From positions 62,001 to 126,000 of the forward strand of contig CDMY01000303.1 in NCBI GenBank assembly GCA_001179505.1: 64,000 nt of DNA, written 5' to 3'. Under the pieces are notes generated by a model. That model saw only the letters and a list, made by a program, of their open reading frames with translations, was not told the DNA's origin and did no database searches. The first letter of the stretch is position 1, and every line of letters begins with the position of its first letter. Source of the stretch: Vitrella brassicaformis CCMP3155 (lineage: Eukaryota; Protista; Chromerida). Of the stretch, positions 1 to 11,607 are shown piece by piece. The position numbers and the translations under genes were made by a program.

Positions 1-712
1 CCCCTGTTGGGGTGGGTTGAGGGGCAGGGACGACATGCCGCCATACGACGCAGCGCCCCCATACACGTCTGACAGACAGACACGAAAACGGGCGGAGGGC
101 AAGGTGAGGTGCGGTCAGGGGAGGGACATACTCAGTGAGTGCTTCCTCCACGTGTGTGTGTGTGTGAGTGTCTGTGCGTCAATCGTGTGGTGTCATGTCG
201 CTCACTGGTTTGGTTGCCGTATCGGGGGTTGTTCATGCCGCTCATGTCGTTGGCCTTGCCCTGCATCAGGAATTGCATCGCACACCGACAAAACAAACGA
301 AGGAACAGCATGTGGGTGGCGTGGCACAGATCAGAGCGTCTGGTCGCTTCAGTGAGTGAGCTGAGCTGAGATAGATGTATGTGGTCACTCACTCTCCCTC
401 CCTCCCTCCCGCCGGGCCCACCTGGTTGTATGCGTTGGGTGCCACGGGTGCGTATGGCGCGTATCCGCCCTCGCTGCCCATGCCCTCCACTGAACCTCCA
501 GTAGTGGCAACTCGGGGATCACTCGCCCCAGGCTACAACAGACAGACAAGACAGACCGACAGAGGGAAGCAGTCGTCAGCGGTTAACCGTGGCTTCTTGT
601 GCTGGCTGTTCCTCCGTCCGTCCTGCCAGCTTACAGGGAAGAATTCCGGTGCCGTGGCACTGAGCGTTTTGCCTGAGCTCTTGCCTCCAAAACTGTCGCC
701 TGAGCCACTCAT
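1..712 (-). CDS. PAM2-motif (PABP-interacting) low-complexity protein, 5' part; runs off the left edge
   Basis: Manual splicing (not in the ORF track). Exon 712-635 gives MSGSGDSFGGKSSGKTLSATAPEFFP|gtaagc. Next exons give PGASDPRVATTGGSVEGMGSEGGYAPYAPVAPNAYNQ|gtggg, GKANDMSGMNNPRYGNQT|gtgag and VYGGAASYGGMSSLPLNPPQQG. GT-AG phases are consistent. LSATAPEFFP fits the PAM2 consensus L(N/S)xxAxEFxP. Confidence 0.75.
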
Positions 713-1013
713 ATGACTTCACTGACTTCACTGCTGACTCCTGACGCACACACACACCACGCAGAAGCGCGTGAGCCGCCTCCCGCGGTCAGGAGGACCC
801 CCCTGGCCCCCCTCTGGCCGTCATGCACCTCCCTGCCGACACTACTCTTCTGTGCCTGCCTTGACACCTTCCTGGTGGAAGCCTACCTGACAGAATGGAA
901 CTCCTTTAAAGGCATCGCCATGGCGACGCCGTGCTGTCGGCTTTGCTTTTGCTTCTCTCGTCAGTTGCTTCACGCCAAGCTCGCAGATGAGCTTGCAAGG
1001 GAGGGCTGGCGGC

Positions 1014-1217
1014 ATGAGCGGTGGCCCTAGATATCGCATTTCAGGCGCTGGGCGAGGCGGCGGGTTCAGAGGAGCGCTGCCGCCATCGAAAGCCATCCCG
1101 AGAGAGACTCTGAGAGGACGAAGCCCAAAAGGTGACTAAGGCGGCCACGTGGAGTGGACACACGCACAACGCAGACAGCTGACTGCGGGACGGATCCATC
1201 CATCTGCTGCGTGTGTT

Positions 1218-1249
<32 letters not shown>

Positions 1250-4200
1250 ATCCCAAAATGAATGCATTGCATGCCATTCATTGTGTTGATGGCGCCATCC
1301 ATGATCATGCAGGCGATGGGTCTGGGAGTGCTGGCGATGAGGATTCGTCTTACGTGTGCAAGCTGGAGCAGCAGCTGTACTTCATGGGCCTGGAGAACGA
1401 CTACCTCAAGGAGCGGGCCAGCGCGCCGCTCGTCAAGCATGACGTCAAGCAGCACCTAATGGAGAAGTCCCTCACCGCGGCCGAGGCACAGATCGAGCTC
1501 CTCTCAAAGGAGCTCCAGAACACGCGAAGCGAACTCAACGGCTCAGTGGTGAGAAGCCAGCCATCATGGTACCAAAATGCCGGGCAGGCTGGACATAGAG
1601 AGGTCTTTTCCTTTGTGGTGTGCCTATCTCGCGCAGGCGTCGCTCCAGGAGCAGCTACAGGTCGGCAACAGCACAAGGCGCCGCTTATCTGTTTGTCGGT
1701 CTATCGTGGATGGATGTATCGGCCGGCCCGGCCTCTGCGAATGTACGTTACGTGTGTCTGCGTGTGTCAGGGATCTGTCCACGATGTGACGGTGCTGAGG
1801 GAGGAGAAGGCCAGGCTGGAGCAGGCCATCATCACGCAGAAGGGACAGCTAGAGGTAGATAGACAGACAGACAGACAGGCACACACACACACAGGGGGCT
1901 GAAGGCAGGCAGAAAGCCCTCCCTGTCCCATCTTCCGCTCTTCTCGGTCAGGCCGCCGAGCGCGTTGTCCACAAGCTGAAGGAGGACGACACAGCCCGCC
2001 AGCTGAGATTCGACGATAACTCACAACGTAGACAGGCAGGCAGGCAGGCAGGCACGTGACACAATGAATGCCCGCGGCCACACAAACCCACGCCACGTGT
2101 GTGCGTGTGGTGATGGTGTCATACATGTATGTGAGATCAGGGCGTGTGGCGGTGGAGCGCCGGTTGGCTGAGGCCGAGTGCCGCGTGAAGGCCTGGCAGG
2201 AGGAGTACGAGAAGCTCTCAGAGCAGCTCAGCAGAGACAGGCACGCTCACGAGAGGGAGAAGGTCCGTCGGCCCGTCACACAGTCAGGATGATCATGTCT
2301 GCACCCCTTAATGTCTGTTGTGTGTTGTGTTGTGCTGTGTTGTGCTGTCTTGTGCCAGCTCCGTATGGTCGAGGACGCCTCGGTGTGCACGCAGCAGCTG
2401 GAGCAGCTCAAGGCGCTGATCAAGGACAAGGAGACCAACCTCCAGACACACGAAACACTCTACCAGGTAGGTATCAAACACACAACACAACACACGGCCG
2501 CGGGCTTATACGGATGGGAAACACCTCACTCACCTGCCCACACCTCTCTCTCTCTTATGGTTTGGTTATCTGGATCCCATGCAGGCGGCGATAGTCCGTT
2601 TGCGCGACAACGAGTACGAGCGTCAGTTGCTGGAGCTGCAGAACAAGTACCAAGGCAAGGCTGTCGACCTCCAGCGAGTGAGTAACTCACGGACACACGC
2701 AGGCTGGGAGAGGAAGGGGCACACACACACCCGCAGTCACACGTTCCGCTGCCGTTGGTCGTTCCTCCAGGCTGAGTCGGATCGTGCGGCGTTGGAGGCA
2801 GCGGCCGAGAGGCGAGAGGTGCAGCTGCAGGCTCTCCAGACTGACAACAAGAAGATGCAGGACGAAATCAAGGTACCTAGATTGGGCAGATACAGCAAGG
2901 CCGAGAGGGGGGGGAAAGATACGCAGCGGAGACCGTGTCGGCATGGTTGGGTCGATGTCGTCGTCAGGGTCTGCTTGAGCGGGTCCGGGACACTCAGGAG
3001 CTCAGGCGAGAGCTCGACGGCATACGCAAGGAGAAGACAAACCTAGACAAGAACCGACACACGCTTGCCACACAAAACCAACACGTACGTTAGTGACCCA
3101 ATCTCACCAATTTCATCCATCCATCCATCCATCCATGGGCCAAACCTCACTCTGTCTGTGTGTGTTGTGGTGCGGTGCAGTATGCCGGTGAGGTGGCTCA
3201 GCTGCGGCGTCAGCTGGACGACCTGCAGGCGAAATTCCACGCCGAGCTGATCGCCCAGACCACCCGCGAGGCCCTTCAGCACGTCGGTGGCGACCAGCCT
3301 GGCCGACTCACGACTCGCGCTCACATCGACAAGGACAAACAGCCAGATGACGAGCAGGGCCAGCCTACCGCTGCTGGTGGGGGTGCTGGTGGGGGTGCTG
3401 GTGGGGGTGTAGAGCTTTATGCGAGGCGTCAGGCTTCCGAGGAGGCGGTGACGGCAGATGTCCTGAGAGCTCAGGTGGGCCAGACAAGCAAGGGCGCTAT
3501 CTCCTCTGCTCGTGTGCGTGGAGCGTGTTATTGTCTGTCTGTCTGGCTCGTGCGTTCAGATGTCGGAGGCCCAGATGCAGCTGTACCAGTGCCGAAAAGA
3601 CAAGGCCGACGTCACGGTGGACAGGGACTCGCTGCAACAGGTGGGTATCACTGTGGCACATGTGGCCATCCATGTGCGTCTGTCTGTCTGTCTGGTGTGT
3701 ATCGTATCATCAGGAGGTGGCGCGGCTCACGCGTGAGTGCGGGCGCTATGAGGAGCGGCTGGAGGAGGCACTCAAAGAGCTGGAAAGGCTTAACCAAGAC
3801 CTGCACTCCAGGTAGGTGGCCGACGGGCGATGAATGAAAACCAAAACCCCATCCATCCACGCGATGCGTGTTGTGTGGCATGGCTGTCTGTCTGTCTGTC
3901 TGTTTGTCTGTCAGGGGCAAGGCTGAGGAGGTCATTGCCCAGAATGAGCGCGAGACGCAGCTCCTCAAACAGAGGTACGAGGAGAGGGAGGCGGCGCTGC
4001 ACGAGGAGCTGGTGGCGGTGAAGCGGGAGCTGAGGGACACACAGGAGCAGCTCAAATCCCTCAGGGGCATGCGCACCAGCCTAGAAAAGGTAAACGTACA
4101 CACACACGTCGAATCAGTAGCCCCTCCCTCCCTCCCTCCCTCCCTCCGATGTCTGTGTGTTTGTGTGCAGTGGCAGCACCAGCAGGCCTCTCTGAGCGAC

Positions 4201-4683
4201 GCCATGTCGTCTCTGATCGCCTCCCTGACCAACCAGGTGCAGAGCCCCGAAGACCGGTCCATCGTCCCCAGACTTGACCCGTCCACACAAGACGACCACC
4301 CCAGAGCCCAGCCCCAGCCCCAGCCCCAGCCCCACCCTCACCCTCCCCACCTCCCCCACGCCACAACCTTCGATGTCGTAGCGCAGCGCCTCGCAGCCAT
4401 GTCACCCGCAGGCCCATCGGCAGAACTGGTCGCCGCTGCGATTGATTTCACCGACACGCGTGTCAGAGAGGTGAAGGGGCCAGCAGCAGCGGCCACGCCC
4501 ACGCCGGCCACTTCGACGGCGGCGGCCATGGACGTCCGCACATGGACGTCGAGCAGCGCCACGCCCCCCTGCGGCGATGTGAGGGAGGCCATGCGGCCGT
4601 CGCACGGACAGCAGGCTCAGATTGACGACCCCGAGTCGGCCATTGACCATGGAAGAGATGACGAGCACACCAAGGACGAGTGA
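1014..4683 (+). CDS. Multi-exon long coiled-coil protein of unknown function
   Basis: ATG 1014 (MSGGPRYRISGAG...SPK|gtgac). E/Q/K/L/R-rich heptad exons: YVCKLEQQLYFMGLENDYLKE, VAVERRLAEAECRVKAWQEEYEKLSEQL, EEVIAQNERETQLLKQRYEEREAALHEEL. Ends DDEHTKDE* at 4683. Start is inferred. Confidence 0.8.
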
Positions 4684-5091
4684 GGACTGAGTGGGTGGGT
4701 TGATGGAGGGATGAATGGTGGGGTGGCTGGCTGACCGTATGGTAGATTGAGCCGTTGTTGTACGAGTAGAGGGGGGGTGGGTGTGGGTCAGTTTGTGGGG
4801 GTAGGGACACACTAGGGTGCGTTGTGTGACTGACTGCGGGTGGGGGCGGTGCGTTGACGGCATGTATGTGTGTGTGCGTGTGGCGACGATACAATCAAGC
4901 AACCATTCACTCGTCCGTCAGTCAGTCAGTCAGTCAGTCATGGATCATGACGAGTACGTCCATAGCGTCTGTCGTTGCAATCAATACACCCTGAAACCCA
5001 TAACACACACATCTCCCTCTCTCCACCAGCCATCCATCCATCCATGTCCCACAAGCAAACTCCCCCCCCTTCGCCCCCCAGCCCACCTTGT

Positions 5092-7125
5092 CTAATCTAC
5101 TTCGTCAATTGAGGCCGGTATGCCCCCTCCCTGCTGCATCGCCTCCACAGCCTGCGGGACATCCACCTCAGGAGGTGGCGGGGGCTGCGCCAGCTGGCCC
5201 AGCACGTTGCCGACGTCCCCGAGCGCCTTGCTCATGTCCGCCGGCACGTCCACTTTGCCAGGTGTGGGTGCGGATGGGATGGAGGGCAGCTCCATGCCGG
5301 AGAGGAAGTCCATGACCCCCTTGGACTGCTCCGACGCCACGCCGGGTACTGGGGTCTCTGTGGCGCCCTTGAAGAGCCCCGCGAACACCTTGAGGGCCTC
5401 GAAGACGGAGAGGTCGTTGAAGAGCTTGAAGTGCAGGAACTTGATCACAACATATCCAGTGGTAAGCAGCACCAGATACCGACCCACAAACATGTCGGTC
5501 GACTCAGTCACCTTGCGCACCACCTGCACAAATGACAGACACCACAGACACAAGAATACGCAAACACATCTATCGGCCGGCATCATACAAACCTTGAGGC
5601 TCTCGCCGAACAGTTTGATGACGCCCCCGAAGAGGATGAGTATGAGGTCGATGGGCGTGACGTCGAGGTTCCCCCGCCCCGTGGTGGTCACCACCTGCAC
5701 CCTCTCCTCCCCACCCCTAGCCTGAGGCCGCCGGCTGCCGCCGCTGCTGCTGCTGCTCCTCGACCTCCTGGATGATGCTGGCTGCATCACGCTGGTCTGT
5801 GTCTGCTGCCGGTTGGTGTTGGCGACCTTGCCCTCTAGATAGCGGTCGACCAGGAGGCCGCCCACGAGGCGGCTGGGGAGGCCGAAGAAGAAGTCCGCAT
5901 AGGTGCAGAAGACCGTGATGATCTTGGTCGAACCGATCAGGACGAAATTCGTCGCAACTGGATCAGGCAGGCAGGCAGGCAGGCAGGCGGCCACGGAGGG
6001 AGGGAGGGAGGGAGGGAGGATTGTGTGCGTGTGAATGGGATGGATGATTTATCGTGGATACCTACCGGCGAAGACGGTTCCTGCAATGAAGGTCTCGACG
6101 GTCTCGTGCAGAGGCAGCACCCATGATAGCCCACGCTCCCTGATTGACATACACACATTCACACACAACGCACACGATGTCTTTTGTGTGTTGTCTGTTG
6201 TGTGTTGTGTGTCGGTTTGCGCCAAGGCTGGCTGAGCCGCCTCGCTCTCTCTGTGTCGATCGTATCACTCTGTCTCTCACTACTGACTGACTTGATGAAG
6301 GGCAGGATGCCCTCGTAGTAGAAGCTCTCCACGATGCAAAACTCCAGCCGCACCCGCAACAGCCCTCCCGCTATCAGAGGACCATATCTGCCAGCGGGCG
6401 GAAAAACATCACACACGTCAGTCAGGTCAGATGGCGAACGAACGAGTGCAGGGCCATAGTTGTGTATGTGTGTACGTGCGTGCGTGTGCGTTGGCTCACT
6501 CGTCGTATGCCTCCTTGCCCACGAGCCACATGACAAAGCTCTGCAGCACCCGATACAGCTTGTCGCTCGCCCCACACACGGGGCGGAAATTGTCGGGGTC
6601 AAATATCGCCGCACCACCACCGTCACCAGCGGCCGCCTCGCTCACGTCACCTAGCGCACTCCACAGCACCGGCACCAGCACCGCCAAAAGCCCGACGGCC
6701 GCCATCAGCTGCTGATGGTCGCCCTCGCGCGAAGCAGATCCGTCATGAGTCCACTCGCTGCCCTTGCTGTCTTCAGAGCGAACGACGAAGCCGCTGCGGG
6801 GGAAGTCGAAGGTCTGTTTTCGTTGTGACTGTGGCTGTGTCTGTGTTGCTGCATCTGAACCATCGCCAGCAGCAGCAGCAGCAGCAGTGGAAGCCGACGT
6901 CTTAAGAAGAGAAGAAGCAAAACGAGATGATGAAAGTGGTCGTCGCTGTGGTAGTAGCGAGGATGGCGGGTTGGTGGATGGTCTGCGTGACGACAGGCGC
7001 ACGGCTGGCGTGACGAATGCAGGATAAACTTCAAGGTGGGATGCATGAGTGATCACCAGCAGCAGGGAGGAAGAACAGAAACCCAAAACGGTCGCCGTGT
7101 TGAAGATCTTCAGTCGGAGCCGCAT
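5092..7125 (-). CDS. Putative plastid-targeted multipass membrane protein of unknown function
   Basis: Hydrophobic N-terminus, then YPAFVTPAVR and an S/R-rich transit-like stretch. Exons: IFDPDNFRPVCGASDKLYRVLQ, YGPLIAGGLLRVRLEFCIVESFYYEGILPFIK, VATNFVLIGSTKIITVFCTYADFFFGLPSRLVGG, VDLILILFGGVIKLFGESLK, FVGRYLVLLTTGYVVIKFLHFKLF. Stop after DEVD. Confidence 0.8.
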
Positions 7126-7491
7126 CCTGACCGAGGGCCTTTCCGGCCTTTGGTTGGTTGGTTATTGTGTTTAACGAGACTCGTGTCTGTAACCCCGGAG
7201 GGATCCTGTCATGTCACGCACTAGACTAGCAGCATGTACATGCATAAGAGCATGCACACGTCCTATCTACCCAGCCCACTCCCAGCCCCACCCACCCGAC
7301 ATGCTTGTATGAGGCGAGCTACGTTTCGGGAGTTTGGACTAGAGCACGTTCCATTCCATGAAACCGCTGTCTCCCCCATGTCCTCCAAATGCTCTAATGT
7401 CCTCAATCCAAATGCATGTGCATCGGATCGCGGATCGCTTTCTGCGTCTATACCCCGAGAAAGAGCGTTTTCGATTTGGTTGCTGGAAACG

Positions 7492-8357
7492 ATGAAGGGA
7501 GTGATGGCCATGCGTGCGCTCCTCATCGCCTTGGCGGCCGTATGTTCCGTAGCTGTGGCCTCGGCCACGTACAGCGACTACTGCGAGGGCGAGGACTGCC
7601 ATACTGGTGGGTGCATCTGACCAGATCTATGGCGTATACATCACTCCTGAGCCACATGTGGCTGTCCTTCCTGTCGCTGTGTGCAGATGCGTCGTTTGTG
7701 GACCGCACTGACGAGATTTCCCGCCTGCAGATCGCCGGCACCCACAGCAACAAAGGTGTGCGCGGCAGCCATGGACGACACACACAGCTGATGCGAGATG
7801 AATGCACTGCGCACGTGGCGGCATGGATGGATGGATGGATCTGTGTTGCCGCATGGTGTGTGCAATGTGTGTGTGCAGGTGTCTCTGGCCATCAGTTCTA
7901 GCTGTCGGTCGTGAAGCAGCAGGTGGCTCACGCCAAGAACACGATGGCTGCGGCGCTTACGATGACACAGACGGCTCAGACGATGGCACACACGGCACTC
8001 AAGACCATCAACAACGCCCAACAACAGCTCCACAGCATCACAGGTACACTACAGACAGATGTGTGTCCGTATGCAATGCATACATACATCTAAGCTTCGG
8101 TTGTATTCCCTCCCTCACTCTCTGTCTGTGCTGTCTGTCTATGTGGGTGAACGGTTCACCTGTCTGTAGGCATGAAGTTCGACTGCTCGTCGCTCAAGAC
8201 TAAGGAGGAGTGCATGCGGGACAAACATGAAAACCCCTGCACCGGTGGTCCCGGGTCTCAGGCTCCCTCAAACTGCGCGTGGGGCCATTACAAGCCCGGT
8301 AGGCGAGGATATTCACGACCAACGTGGAAGGACGAGTGTTACTGCGAGCGCGACTAA
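7492..8357 (+). CDS. Secreted prepro-peptide with Cys-rich C-terminal module, copy 1 (in-frame TAG at 7899-7901)
   Basis: Four exons, all introns phase 1: MKGVMAMRALLIALAAVCSVAVASATYSDYCEGEDCHT / DASFVDRTDEISRLQIAGTHSNK / GVSGHQF*LSVVKQQVAHAKNTMAAALTMTQTAQTMAHTALKTINNAQQQLHSIT / GMKFDCSSLKTKEECMRDKHENPCTGG...CAWG...ECYCERD*. Confidence 0.8.
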
Positions 8358-9023
8358 CACACTTGCTAATCGGCCGCTCTTAGCTCTAGCCGTAGAAGAA
8401 TCAATCAACCCAGGGAGAGAGGGGGGTTACTACAGCTGTCTGTATCCATCTCTCTCTCTGTGCACATAACATACCTACACACCTGCCTGCTGCCTAGACG
8501 GACTGACTGCCTCTGCGTGCGAAGAGGGATAGATGGACGGACTGATGCGTGTGTGGGTGGCGGTGCGAATGATGACTGGCTTCACGGCTGGCTTGATGGC
8601 CTGTCTGTCTGTGTGTCGTGCCTGCCTGCCTGCCTGCCTGTGTGTGGGTCGCTCTTCTCGAACGTACGTACCAATCGAGGGCTCTGCTCAAGGGAGGGAG
8701 GGATGAACTGATGCGTGCGCATGTGTTTGTCGTGCCGGCATGACTGTCTGTCTGGCTGTCTGTCTGTCTGTCTGTCTGTAGATACAGATTTCTCAAATGT
8801 CTATATATCGGCCGACCGGTCTTGTGGACGATGGCCAACTGAATGAACGAAACACACACACATGTACGTCAGTGTGTAGTCACCACAGGGTGAGTGAAGA
8901 TCTCTTCACATTCTCGCCAGTCACTTGCTATAATCCTCAGACTACACGTGTGCAGGAGTGGGTGGCGCACACGCCGACACACGAAGGCGCCTCCAGCCAT
9001 CCATCCATCCAGCCAGCGAGGCA
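7634..9023 (+). repeat. ~1.4 kb inverted segmental duplication, arm A (partner 42219-43595)
   Basis: Direct comparison shows intron 1 tail, exons 2-4 and ~650 bp of 3' flank (e.g. agagaggggggttactacagctgt, gtgtagtcaccacagggtgagtgaagatctcttcacattctcg) matching the reverse complement of 42219-43595, with scattered substitutions and indels. Confidence 0.9.
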
Positions 9024-9434
9024 ACGACTGATTGAGCCAGACAAAACACAACAGCCAGCCGTCGTCTGGCCAGTCGCTCGCTCGCTCGCCACACAAGGAT
9101 ATATACCGGCCAGTACCCTCCCTGTTGGAGTCAGTCAGTCAGTATGGCATCCCCCCGCCCCTCACCTCGACTGACTCACCGACCATACATCGAATTGCAC
9201 TGCACGAGACAGACACATCCAACTACACCAACTGGTTCAGCCGGAGAGAGAGACGTGACCTGCCAATCCCGTCACGTTACCTCGCCTCACATCGCCTCAC
9301 ACAACGTCATGACGTGACATCAGGCCTTGTTTGTTCCTCCGCTTCCGTGGCGTGGCTGATGTTCTGGTTGTTGTCTGGTCTGGTCTGGTCTGGCTGATAC
9401 CCTCCGGCAGCCCACCGATGATGAATGAATGACA

Positions 9435-11391
9435 TCACAGGCCGTCGTCCATCCTGCCGCCCACATCGCCCGGCAGGCCGTTCATCATGACCACCCCGCC
9501 GCCTTTCTTGCCGTACACCGAGGGAGGCGGCATGACCGACAGACGGACAGCCGGGCCGGGCTCGGTCTTCCGCCGGGTGTGCTTGTAGTCGTGGAAGCGC
9601 ACCACGCTGTATGTCAGCAGCAGCACTATCGACAACCCTATAAACACATACAACCACACATACAATACAGAAGCAGCAATGTGACGGCGACCTTACCGAT
9701 GCCCGCGAAGGCGCGCACAGTTATGCGCTCACCCAGAAACACCTGACCACACCACAGACGAATGAGAGGAATGGAATGGACCCACACACAGGCAATAAAT
9801 ATCGGAGTGCATCAGCACATCAAGGTGTCGTGTCTGTGAGACAAGACATACCTACCACTGATATCAGGATGGTTGCCATCTCCTTGCCCACACCAGCCAC
9901 CGTCATCGACAGGGAGCTCGTCAGACCTGCATAGACAGACAGACAGACAGACACATTCACAGACCCATCAGTGCATTCAATGGACGGATGGATGGATGGA
10001 TAAATGGGTCTCGGCTTGGCTGCCTACCTACGAGTCTGAATTCGGAGAGATGGACGGCGAAGGCCACCAACACAGAGAGGGCCACCAAGAAGAGGGCGGA
10101 CATCAGCTTTGGCACATCAGGCAGCGCCAAGTCAGCCTCTGCACACCAGACAGGACAGGCACGCAGGCCCGCATCCATCACCACAACCGCTCTGTGCTCT
10201 GTGTCTGTGTGTCCCTCCCTCCCTCCCTCTGTTTGTGTGTCTGTGTCTGTGTGTGCTTACGAACCAACAAGTCGTTGTACGTCGATGGCTACGGCTGCCG
10301 GTGCGAGGCAGAAGGTGGCTGCCGGTTGTGTGAGGATGAGGAGCTGCAGGGGCTGCAGGTGGCGCGTCTGCAGCATGTGGTGGATGATGACCCACCGGAT
10401 GGCCGACGCCACCACCGCCCCCAGCAGAAACACGACTCCCAGACTGTTGTGCACCTCCATGTCACGCACTGTCAGCGATATCGCCCCCATTATCAGACCA
10501 ACCAACAACAATGTCAGGCAACGGAACACCTCCAAACCTGCATGCAGCCACACACACACACACACACAAACGTATGCGCGCCGCATCAGTCATCCATGTG
10601 TATTTTTTTGTGCGTGTGGTTTGCCGACCGAATGCAAGGCCTAGGAGGTACGTCACAACCACAATGCTGCTCTTAATGACCTGCAAACACACACACACAC
10701 ACACACACACAGCAACACCTGCGGTCTGCCCATTTGCTTGCCTGGCCGCCTCACCGTCATGACGGACACCGAGACCATGCTGTACGACTCATTGCTCAGC
10801 GATATGTCGGCCGCAGTGCACAGAGCAACTGCAAGCGACACACACGGGCAGACAGGCACACAGGCACACACAGACAGACAGCAGATGAGTGTGAGTGAAC
10901 GATGTGCAGCTTCAATCCAGCCGCAGGCCGCCCGCCAGCGGTGCTCACTCACTTGGCACAATGAATCTGAGGTACATCGTGCCAGAGATGGCGGGAAAGT
11001 CCGGGAACCAGGAAAGGAAGGCAAAACTCTGCCAAGACAGACGCCACCAGTGAGTGACATTGCATTGCATTGCATTGCAGGCCCCTCCCTCATCCATCGG
11101 TTGACAACGCGCTGTGTTCATCACGTTAGTTACCGATCTGAGGAGCAGGCTCATGAAGCCAAAGTGGATGAACGTCACCAGAATGGGATACTGGAAGCCA
11201 AGAGTGTCCTGTGCGTTGGACCACACACAACACACATCTGCTGACTCAGGTAGATGCCTTCTGACAAGTGAGTGGAGTGTGTGCCGTACCAAAATGTACT
11301 TCATCAGAAAGGTGAGCGACAGCGAGGCGGCGTACCACGAAAGCACCGCACATGCCACTGCACAGATCTGCCCGGCCACCGACTCACCCAT
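9435..11391 (-). CDS. Nucleotide-sugar / triose-phosphate transporter family protein (SLC35C2-like)
   Basis: Exons: MGESVAGQICAVACAVLSWYAASLSLTFLMKYIL, GFQYPILVTFIHFGFMSLLLR, ADISLSNESYSMVSVSVMT, VIKSSIVVVTYLLGLAFG, GVVFLLGAVVASAIRWVIIHHMLQ, VALSVLVAFAVHLSEFRLV. The W..S.SLT..K, F.YP...T..HF, DI.LSN.S and SEF.LV motifs are typical of the TPT/SLC35C family. Confidence 0.85.
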
Positions 11392-11607
11392 CAGGACACC
11401 CGCCGCTGCCACATATCGATCTCAGCGCAGAAGGCAGCAAGATCTGCCAGGGGCTCACAGACAGCACAACGTCCGGTCCTTTTCCTCTTCCTCGCCCTTG
11501 CGAGGCGAGCTCGTAACTCAGAAGAGAGAAAAAGGGCAGCAGAGTTCCGTTTAGGCAGCTCCCAGCCACCCGCTCAAGTCGTTTCCTTGGCTTGAAGTCC
11601 CGAAACG

